Shown here: positions 19,435 through 27,168 of the stretch, in pieces
Layout of the letters: each line of letters starts with the position of its first letter
How positions within the stretch are numbered: the stretch's first letter is position 1
DNA from: an uncultured Muribaculaceae bacterium
GTDB lineage: Bacteria; Bacillota_I; Bacilli_A; RF39; UBA660
Length of the DNA: 64,000 nucleotides
NCBI GenBank assembly: GCA_964473455.1
Contig: CAYYQX010000002.1
Span: forward strand, 45,086-109,085
Direction of reading: 5' to 3'
Program-made: the position numbers and the translations under genes
Notes under the pieces: model-generated
What the model saw: the letters and a program-made list of their open reading frames with translations, nothing else
The model's database searches: none
Told to the model about the DNA's origin: nothing

Positions 19435-20969
19435 AAAAAGTAGTAATAATTGGGGCAGGCCCAGCTGGGTTAGCGGCAGCTTATAAACTTTTAAAAGAAG
19501 GTAAAAACAAATTTAGTGTAACAATTTTAGAAGAAACTAACGATATTGGTGGAATCTCTAAAACCGTTGAATATAAAGGCAATAGGATAGATATTGGAGG
19601 ACACCGCTTTTTTACAAAGTCAAAAGAAGTAAATGACTTTTGGAGTGAAATTTTACCCAAACAAGGCTTTCCAGCCTATGATGATAAAATATTAAATAAT
19701 AATAAAGAGTTTTTAGGTAAAAAAGATCCTGAAAAAGAAGATAATGTAATGCTTCTTAGAAATAGAGTATCTAGAATATATTACTTAAAAAAGTTTTTTG
19801 ATTATCCAATTGCGCTAAAGTTACAAACATTTAAAAACATGGGTATTAAAAATACAATTATATCTGGATTTAGTTATATTAAGTCTATGGCCATTAAAAA
19901 AGAAGAGACAAACTTGGAAAACTTTTTTACAAATCGTTTTGGTAAAAAGTTATATAGTATGTTTTTTGAAAAATATACTGAAAAGCTTTGGGGTAGACAC
20001 CCGAGAGAAATTGATGCTTCTTGGGGAGCTCAAAGAGCTAAAGGATTGTCTATTAAAGAAGTATTAAAAAATGCTTTTGGTAAAATATTAAAGAAAAAAA
20101 ATTCAACAGTTGAAACATCTTTAATTGAGCAATTTGAATATCCAAAGTATGGACCAGGACAATTATATGAAGAAGCTGCGAAGAAAATTGAGGCAATGGG
20201 TGGTGTTATTTTAAAAACACACAAAGTAATAAAAATAAATAACAAAGATAATAAAATTGTGTCTTTGGAATGTGAGAATAAAGTTACTATAACTGGAGAT
20301 ATCTTTTTAAGTTCAATGCCTATTAAAGATTTAGTTAATAATATGAATAATGTATCAAAAAACATTATTAGGATTGCTGATAAATTGCCATATAGAGATT
20401 TTATTACTGTTGGCTTATTACTTAAAAAAATAAATCTTAAAAATGAAACAAACATTAAAACACTAAATAATATTATTCCAGATAACTGGGTATATGTTCA
20501 AGATCCTAGTGTTAGAATGTGTCGTTTCCAAGTCTTTAATAATTGGTCGCCTTATTTAGTAAAAGATATTACAAAATACGTTTGGATTGGGTTAGAGTAT
20601 GTTTGTAGTGAGACTGATGATCTTTGGACTAAGACAGATGTAGAGTTTAAAAGTTTTGCAATAGATGAAATGATTAGTATGAACATTATTGATAAAAAAG
20701 ATGTTGTTGACTCACATGTTATTAAAGTAAAAAAAGCCTATCCGGCTTACTTTGATACATATAATGAATTAGATAAAGTGATAAAATATCTAAATGCTTT
20801 TGACAATTTATATTGTATTGGTAGAAACGGTCAACACCGCTATAACAATATGGATCATTCTATTTTAACTGGTTTTGTTGCCGTAGACAATATTTTGAAA
20901 AACAAGAAAGATAAAGCTAATCTTTGGCAAGTAAATGCTGAACAAGAATATCATGAGGCTAAGAAATAA
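19431..20969 (+). CDS. FAD/NAD(P)-binding flavoenzyme, UDP-galactopyranose-mutase-like (possible pyranose-furanose mutase)
   Basis: 512 aa. N-terminal [17 protein letters not shown] dinucleotide-binding motif. C-terminal [13 protein letters not shown] resembles the UGM C-terminal GRxGxYxYxxMD motif. The size is closer to eukaryote-type UGMs than to bacterial ones. Overlaps the upstream gene by 4 nt. Confidence 0.4.
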   Translation: MKKVVIIGAGPAGLAAAYKLLKEGKNKFSVTILEETNDIGGISKTVEYKGNRIDIGGHRFFTKSKEVNDFWSEILPKQGFPAYDDKILNNNKEFLGKKDPEKEDNVMLLRNRVSRIYYLKKFFDYPIALKLQTFKNMGIKNTIISGFSYIKSMAIKKEETNLENFFTNRFGKKLYSMFFEKYTEKLWGRHPREIDASWGAQRAKGLSIKEVLKNAFGKILKKKNSTVETSLIEQFEYPKYGPGQLYEEAAKKIEAMGGVILKTHKVIKINNKDNKIVSLECENKVTITGDIFLSSMPIKDLVNNMNNVSKNIIRIADKLPYRDFITVGLLLKKINLKNETNIKTLNNIIPDNWVYVQDPSVRMCRFQVFNNWSPYLVKDITKYVWIGLEYVCSETDDLWTKTDVEFKSFAIDEMISMNIIDKKDVVDSHVIKVKKAYPAYFDTYNELDKVIKYLNAFDNLYCIGRNGQHRYNNMDHSILTGFVAVDNILKNKKDKANLWQVNAEQEYHEAKK

Positions 20970-21000
20970 TCTTAGTTTTTTTGTTTATATAAAGTTTAAT

Positions 21001-21840
21001 TTATTTATTTTTTTTCAAAGTAAAACAATCACCCAAATATGGAATATCAGGGATAGATTCATATTTATTATTAACCAACATTTCAAAAAATATTTTTATA
21101 TCATTTAAAACTTTAATTTGCTCCGCTTTTTCAGCATATAATTTATTTGAAACAAAATAAATTTCCATTTCAAATATCTTATACCAAAAGCTTAATAAAA
21201 AGGCCAAACGGTCTGTATTCGTATTAATATATTTTGGGGAGTAGTCTAAACACATATTATAGAAAAAATTGCTTAGCAATGTAGAAATACTCGAAAAATT
21301 AAAACCACCAATAGAACAACAATCCACATCAACAAAATAATGATTCGAACACGCATCAATTATAATATTATCAAAACTAAAATCACCAAGAATGATTTGA
21401 TTATTGTGAATTTGTTTTAATGTTTCAGAAATATTTTTAATTATTTCTAAATACATTTCGAATGGTAGTTTTGTGTCATTTATATCAAACAAAGGGTTTG
21501 CTCCTCGTATATAAGGCATAACACAACCAACTAATATAGAATTTTTATCAATTATTTTGTGTGTTGGGATAACAACATTTGCTAGTCCGTTTTTTAAAAA
21601 TAATAGTTCAAGTTTTTGCTCTCTATTAAAGCAACCAATATCATTATATAATTTATACAAAAAGTCTCCACACACAAATAAAGCACTTTCTGAATAAGAA
21701 ACATTAGTTAAAAGTGTCAATTCTTTAAAATTAATATCTTCTAATCTTAAAACTTTCATATTTTCCCCGCTTTTATAGTGCTTATTATAAGCAAATTGTA
21801 TTAAGCTGTCAATAAAGAGTTTTTTTGAGCTAAAAAACAA
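21001..21840 (-). CDS. protein-kinase-like fold protein (choline/ethanolamine kinase or APH family, LicA-like?)
   Basis: 279 aa. Brenner-type catalytic loop ILGDFSFDNIII, with G replacing the usual H, and a downstream FVDVDCCSIGG that resembles the DxD/DFE metal-binding motif. Confidence 0.35.
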   Translation of the reverse strand: MFFSSKKLFIDSLIQFAYNKHYKSGENMKVLRLEDINFKELTLLTNVSYSESALFVCGDFLYKLYNDIGCFNREQKLELLFLKNGLANVVIPTHKIIDKNSILVGCVMPYIRGANPLFDINDTKLPFEMYLEIIKNISETLKQIHNNQIILGDFSFDNIIIDACSNHYFVDVDCCSIGGFNFSSISTLLSNFFYNMCLDYSPKYINTNTDRLAFLLSFWYKIFEMEIYFVSNKLYAEKAEQIKVLNDIKIFFEMLVNNKYESIPDIPYLGDCFTLKKNK

Positions 21841-21873
21841 ACTTTATAGTATAATACTACTAGGAAGTGACTT

Positions 21874-22929
21874 ATGAAAGTAATACCAATTATTCCATCT
21901 TTAAACCCAGATAATAAACTAATTCTTTATATAGAAGAACTAATAAAGATTGGTTTTAAAAAAATAATTATTGTCAATGATGGTAGTTCAAAAAGATATG
22001 ACAAATATTTTGAAGAGTTGAAAAGCCATAAAGAATGTATAGTACTAACACATATTAAAAACCAAGGCAAAGGAAGAGCTTTAAAAACAGCCTTTAACTA
22101 TTACTTAGAAAACTATAGTAATTACTTTGGGGTTGTGACAGCTGATGCGGATGGTCAACACAGTCCAAAAGACACTTTAAATACGGCAAAAGAACTAATT
22201 AAAAACAAAACTTCACTAATTTTAGGTGTTAGAAACTTTAATTTAAAAAATGTCCCTTTAAGGAGTAAAGTAGGGAATAAAATAACTAAAATTGTCTTTT
22301 CTATTTTTAACGGCAAAATTATTAGTGATACTCAAACTGGTCTTAGAGGAATACCAAATGATTTAATAAAAGAATATCTTAATTTAGATGGAGAGCGCTT
22401 TGAATACGAAATGAATATGCTTATTCATTCTATTATAAATAAAAAGACTATTGTTGAAGTTCCAATAGAAACAATATATATTAGAAAAAATAGGAGCTCA
22501 CACTTTAGTATCCTTTTAGATTCAATAAAAATATATAAAATGATTATAAGAGAGTTTTTTAGATTTTCTTATACTAGCTTTATGGCTTTTTTAGTAGATA
22601 TTTTATTGTTCTTTATTTCCATAAAACTTATTTTTAGTGGTCTAAATATCTCTTTAGCAATTATTCTTTCAACCATTTTAGCTAGAGTAGCATCTTCATA
22701 TGTCAATTATATTTTAACTAAAAAAGTAGTGTTTAACTGTAGTAAAAAACACAAAGAATTATTGGTAAAATATTACGGGCTTACTGTTGTTCAAACATTT
22801 ACCTCAGCTCTACTTGTAATAATAGTAACTAATATCTTTATTGACGAAACTATCAGTAAAATAGTAGTGGATTCCTTACTTTTTATAATAAGCTACAATA
22901 TTCAGAAAAAATGGATATTTAAAAAATAA
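21874..22929 (+). CDS. GT2 glycosyltransferase (DPM1/GtrB-like) fused to a C-terminal GtrA-like 4-TM domain
   Basis: 351 aa. N-terminal IIPSLNPDNK...IIIVNDGSSK and DADGQH motifs of GT-A polyprenyl-P sugar transferases. C-terminal roughly 120 aa are hydrophobic and GtrA-like (FFRFSYTSFMAFLVDILLF...). Confidence 0.7.
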   Translation: MKVIPIIPSLNPDNKLILYIEELIKIGFKKIIIVNDGSSKRYDKYFEELKSHKECIVLTHIKNQGKGRALKTAFNYYLENYSNYFGVVTADADGQHSPKDTLNTAKELIKNKTSLILGVRNFNLKNVPLRSKVGNKITKIVFSIFNGKIISDTQTGLRGIPNDLIKEYLNLDGERFEYEMNMLIHSIINKKTIVEVPIETIYIRKNRSSHFSILLDSIKIYKMIIREFFRFSYTSFMAFLVDILLFFISIKLIFSGLNISLAIILSTILARVASSYVNYILTKKVVFNCSKKHKELLVKYYGLTVVQTFTSALLVIIVTNIFIDETISKIVVDSLLFIISYNIQKKWIFKK

Positions 22930-22947
22930 TATTTAGGGGGAATTAAT

Positions 22948-23739
22948 TTGAAAGATGAACAAAATTTTATAAGACAAATTGTTAAAAATAAAAATCCTAA
23001 GTTTATTTATGGCTATAACGGAGAAGTAAGAGCTAAGTTTTTAAAAAGATTGGCGTCTTCTTTTCCAGTAATTACTGATGCAAAAAACAAAATAGGAATT
23101 GGTGTTTATATTGAAGGAAGAAGTCTTCCTATAACAAATCAAAACCTAAATCCTATAGTAAATACTTTTTATAGTCAAACGTATCTTAATTTATTAATTA
23201 TTTATAATATTTTAAATACACTTATAGAACAAATAGATAGTAAAAATTTGGAAAGTCGTTCGAAAAGCTTTCTAAAAGAAATTAATACAAAAATCAATTT
23301 ACCTCTGCACATAAATAGTTTAAATAAATTAAGAGATACCTTTAAAAAAGACTTAGATAATGTTTATGAAAAATACTGTGACTATTTAACTAAAGGTGAG
23401 TCTGCCCTTGATGAGGTTCCTTGTTTAATACCAACAGAATATTCGTTACTAGAAATCTATTTAAGCTTGTTATTAAAAATGTTAAATACTAATGCTTATT
23501 TTATTCTAATATTTGATCAACAAGAAAAGTTTTCAGACGAAACTAAAAAGGAAATTATAAATCTTACAACGTCTGAAATTATCGAATACATTTCAATAAA
23601 TATTGCTTGTGAGCCAAATGAGTGGCAAACATTTGAAGAAGACTTAAAATATAACGAGGCAATAAGTTCTTTTACGACTATTGAAATAGATGATTGCTTT
23701 AAAGATACAAAAGGAAAAGCAAAAACTCTGAATATATAA
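22948..23739 (+). CDS. hypothetical protein, paralog A of a tandem pair (degenerate AAA+/DnaC-like motifs?)
   Basis: 263 aa. Shares with the next ORF the blocks KFIYGYNGE.RA.FLK, IG.YIEG..LP, Y.NLLII.NILN..IEQ, YF.IIFDQQ and ACEPNEW.T.E. Followed by a hairpin terminator at 23740-23766. Confidence 0.5.
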   Translation: MKDEQNFIRQIVKNKNPKFIYGYNGEVRAKFLKRLASSFPVITDAKNKIGIGVYIEGRSLPITNQNLNPIVNTFYSQTYLNLLIIYNILNTLIEQIDSKNLESRSKSFLKEINTKINLPLHINSLNKLRDTFKKDLDNVYEKYCDYLTKGESALDEVPCLIPTEYSLLEIYLSLLLKMLNTNAYFILIFDQQEKFSDETKKEIINLTTSEIIEYISINIACEPNEWQTFEEDLKYNEAISSFTTIEIDDCFKDTKGKAKTLNI

Positions 23740-23766
23740 GTTCACTAAATACTAGTGAACTTTTTA
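23740..23766 (+). terminator. rho-independent terminator hairpin gttcactaaatactagtgaac followed by a T-run
   Basis: Perfect 8-bp inverted repeat immediately after the TAA stop at 23737-23739, followed by TTTTTATT. Confidence 0.6.
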
Positions 23767-23812
23767 TTAATAATTATATGTGATTTTTTTCAAATGTGAT
23801 AAAATAATATGA

Positions 23813-24625
23813 ATGACACGTAAGTTGGGGGAATTTATGGAAAGCAATCAATATTTGTATGAAAGAATAATTGGAAGAAGTAGTCATAAATTCATTTATG
23901 GCTATAACGGGGAAGAAAGAGCAAGTTTTTTAAAAAAGGCTGCCCTTGCTTATTCAATTAATGGTGAATCCAATACACCAATTGGCATTTATATTGAAGG
24001 TGAACAATTGCCTGTACCAAATAAAAGCCTTGAAAGGGAAGCTGTTGTGACTTTCTCACATCAATGCTATATCAACTTGTTAATAATTTTAAATATTTTA
24101 AATGCGATTATCGAACAAGGTGACAGACAAATTTCTAAAGACCGTTTAAAAAAGTTTTTTAATAATCTTCAAAAAGTATTTGGTTTATCTAAAGACATAA
24201 ATAATTTAAGTGCCTTAAGAGCTAGCTTAAAAAGTGAACTAGATGCTTGTTATAATAAATATGTTAAATATATAAATACAGGCAATTTACAAGAATATCT
24301 TGCCCAACCAACAACTAAATATGTAATACTAGATATATACTTAAGACATTTTAAAATTCTTTTAAATACTGATTCATACTTTGCTATAATCTTTGATCAG
24401 CAAACTATGTTTTCTACTTTAACCCAAAAAACAATTAATAGCCTTATTGGTCACAGAAATAATAGTGATATTGCCATTAATGTTGCTTGTGAACCAAATG
24501 AATGGGAAACACTAGAAGGACTGAATAATAATTTTATTAACGCTATGCATGATTTTGATTATGTTAAGTTAGATGCTTGTTATCAAGAAACCGTTAATGG
24601 AGCCAAAAGACGTACATTAAAATAA
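23813..24625 (+). CDS. hypothetical protein, paralog B of the tandem pair
   Basis: 270 aa. Colinear similarity to 22948..23739 across the whole length (see the motifs listed for paralog A). Confidence 0.5.
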   Translation: MTRKLGEFMESNQYLYERIIGRSSHKFIYGYNGEERASFLKKAALAYSINGESNTPIGIYIEGEQLPVPNKSLEREAVVTFSHQCYINLLIILNILNAIIEQGDRQISKDRLKKFFNNLQKVFGLSKDINNLSALRASLKSELDACYNKYVKYINTGNLQEYLAQPTTKYVILDIYLRHFKILLNTDSYFAIIFDQQTMFSTLTQKTINSLIGHRNNSDIAINVACEPNEWETLEGLNNNFINAMHDFDYVKLDACYQETVNGAKRRTLK

Positions 24626-24669
24626 TTTATTAATGTTAATTTAATAAAAATATGTTAAACTATTTGTAG

Positions 24670-25923
24670 GTGACATTTATGATTTTACCAGCAGATACTT
24701 ATATTGTTATTAATAAAACTATCTTGCACAACAGTGACAGACGTCTTTTAACTATGCTTTATCAGCCAATTATTGGCAGTACTTCTATTAGTTTATATTA
24801 TTCATTATGGGCTTATTTAGATAAGCTAGAGCTAATGTCAACTTCTTGGACCTTTCACCACTTAATGGCTAGTACTAAATTAAGTTTAAGTGAAATATTG
24901 AAAGCTAAAGATTTGCTTGAAGGTATAGGTCTAATTAAAACTTATAAAGAAATGGAAAATAATAATTATATTTTTGAAATTTATTCACCAATTTCCGCAT
25001 ATGAATTTTTATCAAATCCAATTCTATCAACCATTCTATACAACAATATTGGCGAACTTGAATACAACCGTACTATAAAATATTTTAAAAGTATTAACGT
25101 TAATATGGAAAAGTATGAAGATATTACAAAAAACTTTAATAATGTATTTGAAAAATTAAACAATGTTAACTATGATATAATATGTGATGAAATAAGGAAG
25201 AGTAGCAAAAGAAACTTAGAAATAGTTTCTAATATTGATTTTGATGGCTTAATGTCTAAATTTCCAGATGAATTATTAAATAAAAAGAAAATAAACAAAG
25301 ACCTAATTAATAATTTAGCGTTTATATATAATTTTAATCAGAATGATTTAGAAAAAATCATTTTAGATTCAATTAATGATAAAAAGATAATTGATGAAGA
25401 ATTACTAAAAGTAAATGCCAGAAAATACTATAAATTTGAAAACAGTGGCAAGTTACCTAATTTAGTATATAAAGAAAACAATATTAAATTAACCGATGAA
25501 TCAAATAAAAGCAAACTAATATATCAATTTGAAACAACAAGCCCTTATAAGTTTTTGTGTAGTAAACAAGGTGGAACTAGGTTAGCAAACCATGATACTG
25601 CAATTTTGGAATACTTAGTTTTAGAACTAAAATTGAACCCTGGAGTAGTTAATGTTTTAATTGATTTTGTATTAAAAATAAACAATAATAAGCTAACTAA
25701 ATCATACGTTGATACAATTGCTTCTCAGTGGAAGAGGAGTAATATTAATACAGCTGAAGAAGCAATAAGTTTTGTTTTAAAAGAAAAGTTTAAGAAAAAA
25801 AATACTAAGCAACAAGTAAAACCAAAATGGTTTGATGAAAAAATAGAAAATAAAGAAATGTCTTTAGAAGAACAAAAAGAATTTGAAAACTTATTAAAGG
25901 AGTTAAAAAATGAAAAAAATTGA
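24670..25923 (+). CDS. replication initiation and membrane attachment protein (Bacillus DnaB-like, DnaD-domain family)
   Basis: 417 aa. C-terminal DDBH2-type motif YVDTIASQW (YxxxIxxxW). Lies directly upstream of dnaI and overlaps it, matching the Bacillus dnaB-dnaI arrangement. Confidence 0.6.
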   Translation: MTFMILPADTYIVINKTILHNSDRRLLTMLYQPIIGSTSISLYYSLWAYLDKLELMSTSWTFHHLMASTKLSLSEILKAKDLLEGIGLIKTYKEMENNNYIFEIYSPISAYEFLSNPILSTILYNNIGELEYNRTIKYFKSINVNMEKYEDITKNFNNVFEKLNNVNYDIICDEIRKSSKRNLEIVSNIDFDGLMSKFPDELLNKKKINKDLINNLAFIYNFNQNDLEKIILDSINDKKIIDEELLKVNARKYYKFENSGKLPNLVYKENNIKLTDESNKSKLIYQFETTSPYKFLCSKQGGTRLANHDTAILEYLVLELKLNPGVVNVLIDFVLKINNNKLTKSYVDTIASQWKRSNINTAEEAISFVLKEKFKKKNTKQQVKPKWFDEKIENKEMSLEEQKEFENLLKELKNEKN

Positions 25924-26824
25924 TGAAGCAATAAATAACTTGGGTTTTTCATTTGATGAAAAGTTACTAGTTGATGAGTATAGGAAAGCTTGTAAAGACC
26001 CTTATTTTAAAGACATGGTTAAAGAACTTAAAATAGAAGAAGAAAAGCTCTTAAAAAGAACTTCTGTTTTACAAGAATGCAGTTTAGAATTAAAAAACTG
26101 TTTAAATTGTAAAAGTATTCTTGAATGTAAAAATAAAATTTTAGGTTATGCCTATACACCAATGGTTTTTAATGATGAACTAATATTTAACTATGTTGCT
26201 TGTAAACATAAAGAAAACCTTGAAAAAGAAGAAGAGTATAAGAAAAACATTTATTTATATGATATTCCAAAAGAAATAAGAGAAGCTTCTTTAACTGATG
26301 TATATTCCGATATTAGTAGAACTCCTATTTTAAAGTGGTTTAATTCATTTATGAAAAACTTTGGCGTTGAACCTAATTTAAAGGGCCTATATTTGAGTGG
26401 TAGCTTTGGTTGTGGGAAAACTTATCTCGTTTCAGCAATGTTTAATGAATTAGCTAAAAAAGGCGTTAAATCAGCCATCATATATTTTCCAGAATTCTTA
26501 AGAGATTTAAAAAGTTCATTTAAAGATGACTTTGATGAAAAATATGATTATATTAAAAAAGTTCCTTTACTTTTACTAGATGATATTGGAGCAGAAAACT
26601 TATCTCCTTGGAGTAGGGATGAGATTCTTGGAACAATTTTACAATATAGAATGCAAGAAAGAAAACCAACATTTTTTACATCTAATTTAAATATGGAGGA
26701 ACTTGAAAACCACTTTCAAATGACAAAAAACTCATCTGACATTGTAAAAGCAAGAAGAATAATTGAAAGAATAAAACAACTAACTGATACTATAGAATAT
26801 ATTGGAAAAAATTTAAGAAAATAA
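25910..26824 (+). CDS. dnaI: primosomal protein DnaI (helicase loader, AAA+)
   Basis: 304 aa. N-terminal Cys cluster (CLNCKSILECKNK), Walker A GSFGCGKTYL and Walker B LLLLDDIGAE. Confidence 0.75.
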   Translation: MKKIDEAINNLGFSFDEKLLVDEYRKACKDPYFKDMVKELKIEEEKLLKRTSVLQECSLELKNCLNCKSILECKNKILGYAYTPMVFNDELIFNYVACKHKENLEKEEEYKKNIYLYDIPKEIREASLTDVYSDISRTPILKWFNSFMKNFGVEPNLKGLYLSGSFGCGKTYLVSAMFNELAKKGVKSAIIYFPEFLRDLKSSFKDDFDEKYDYIKKVPLLLLDDIGAENLSPWSRDEILGTILQYRMQERKPTFFTSNLNMEELENHFQMTKNSSDIVKARRIIERIKQLTDTIEYIGKNLRK

Positions 26825-26835
26825 AAAGATAGAAA

Positions 26836-27015
26836 CTAATTTGATTTTTCTATCTTTTTTAATGTTCTAAGTTCTCTTGAACTAACTCTTATACTATTTC
26901 CGTTTCCATCAGTTATCTTTTGTAAGTTTGGCTTTTGAGCATGCTTTGTTGCTCTACATGAATGGGAACGTTTATTACCAAATAAAGGTTTTTTATCTGT
27001 ACATTTTTTTGCCAC
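26836..27015 (-). CDS. rpmB: 50S ribosomal protein L28
   Basis: Core sequence KKCTDKKPLFGNKRSHSCRATKHAQKPNLQK matches L28. The ORF-track start at 27054 is probably too far upstream. A GTG at 27015 with GGAGG 8 nt upstream gives a 59-aa product starting MAKKC, similar to Bacillus L28. Confidence 0.75.
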   Translation of the reverse strand: MAKKCTDKKPLFGNKRSHSCRATKHAQKPNLQKITDGNGNSIRVSSRELRTLKKIEKSN

Positions 27016-27045
27016 TTTTGTTTCCTCCTTGCCTTGCTTCGTTAA

Positions 27046-27057
27046 CTTTATCACAAT
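27046..27057 (-). promoter_or_regulatory. extended -10 promoter (minus-strand TTGTGATAAAGT) for rpmB
   Basis: Reads TGTGATAAAGT on the minus strand about 30 nt upstream of the rpmB GTG. The same TGTGATAAA-type element recurs upstream of three other minus-strand genes. Confidence 0.4.
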
Positions 27058-27168
27058 ATATATAAATAGTCAATTAACAAACGATAAAATAATGTTTTTT
27101 TTATATTTTTTTAGTAATTATTGCTTACAAAACTTTTGTTTGGTATACTTAATTTAGAAGGTGAAATT

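Noticed and set aside
26836-27054. 72-aa ORF-track version of rpmB with the MIKLTKQGKEETKV N-terminal extension
   Set aside because: The extension has no counterpart in L28. A GTG with a GGAGG RBS at the conserved MAKKC position gives the canonical length, so the shorter gene was called.
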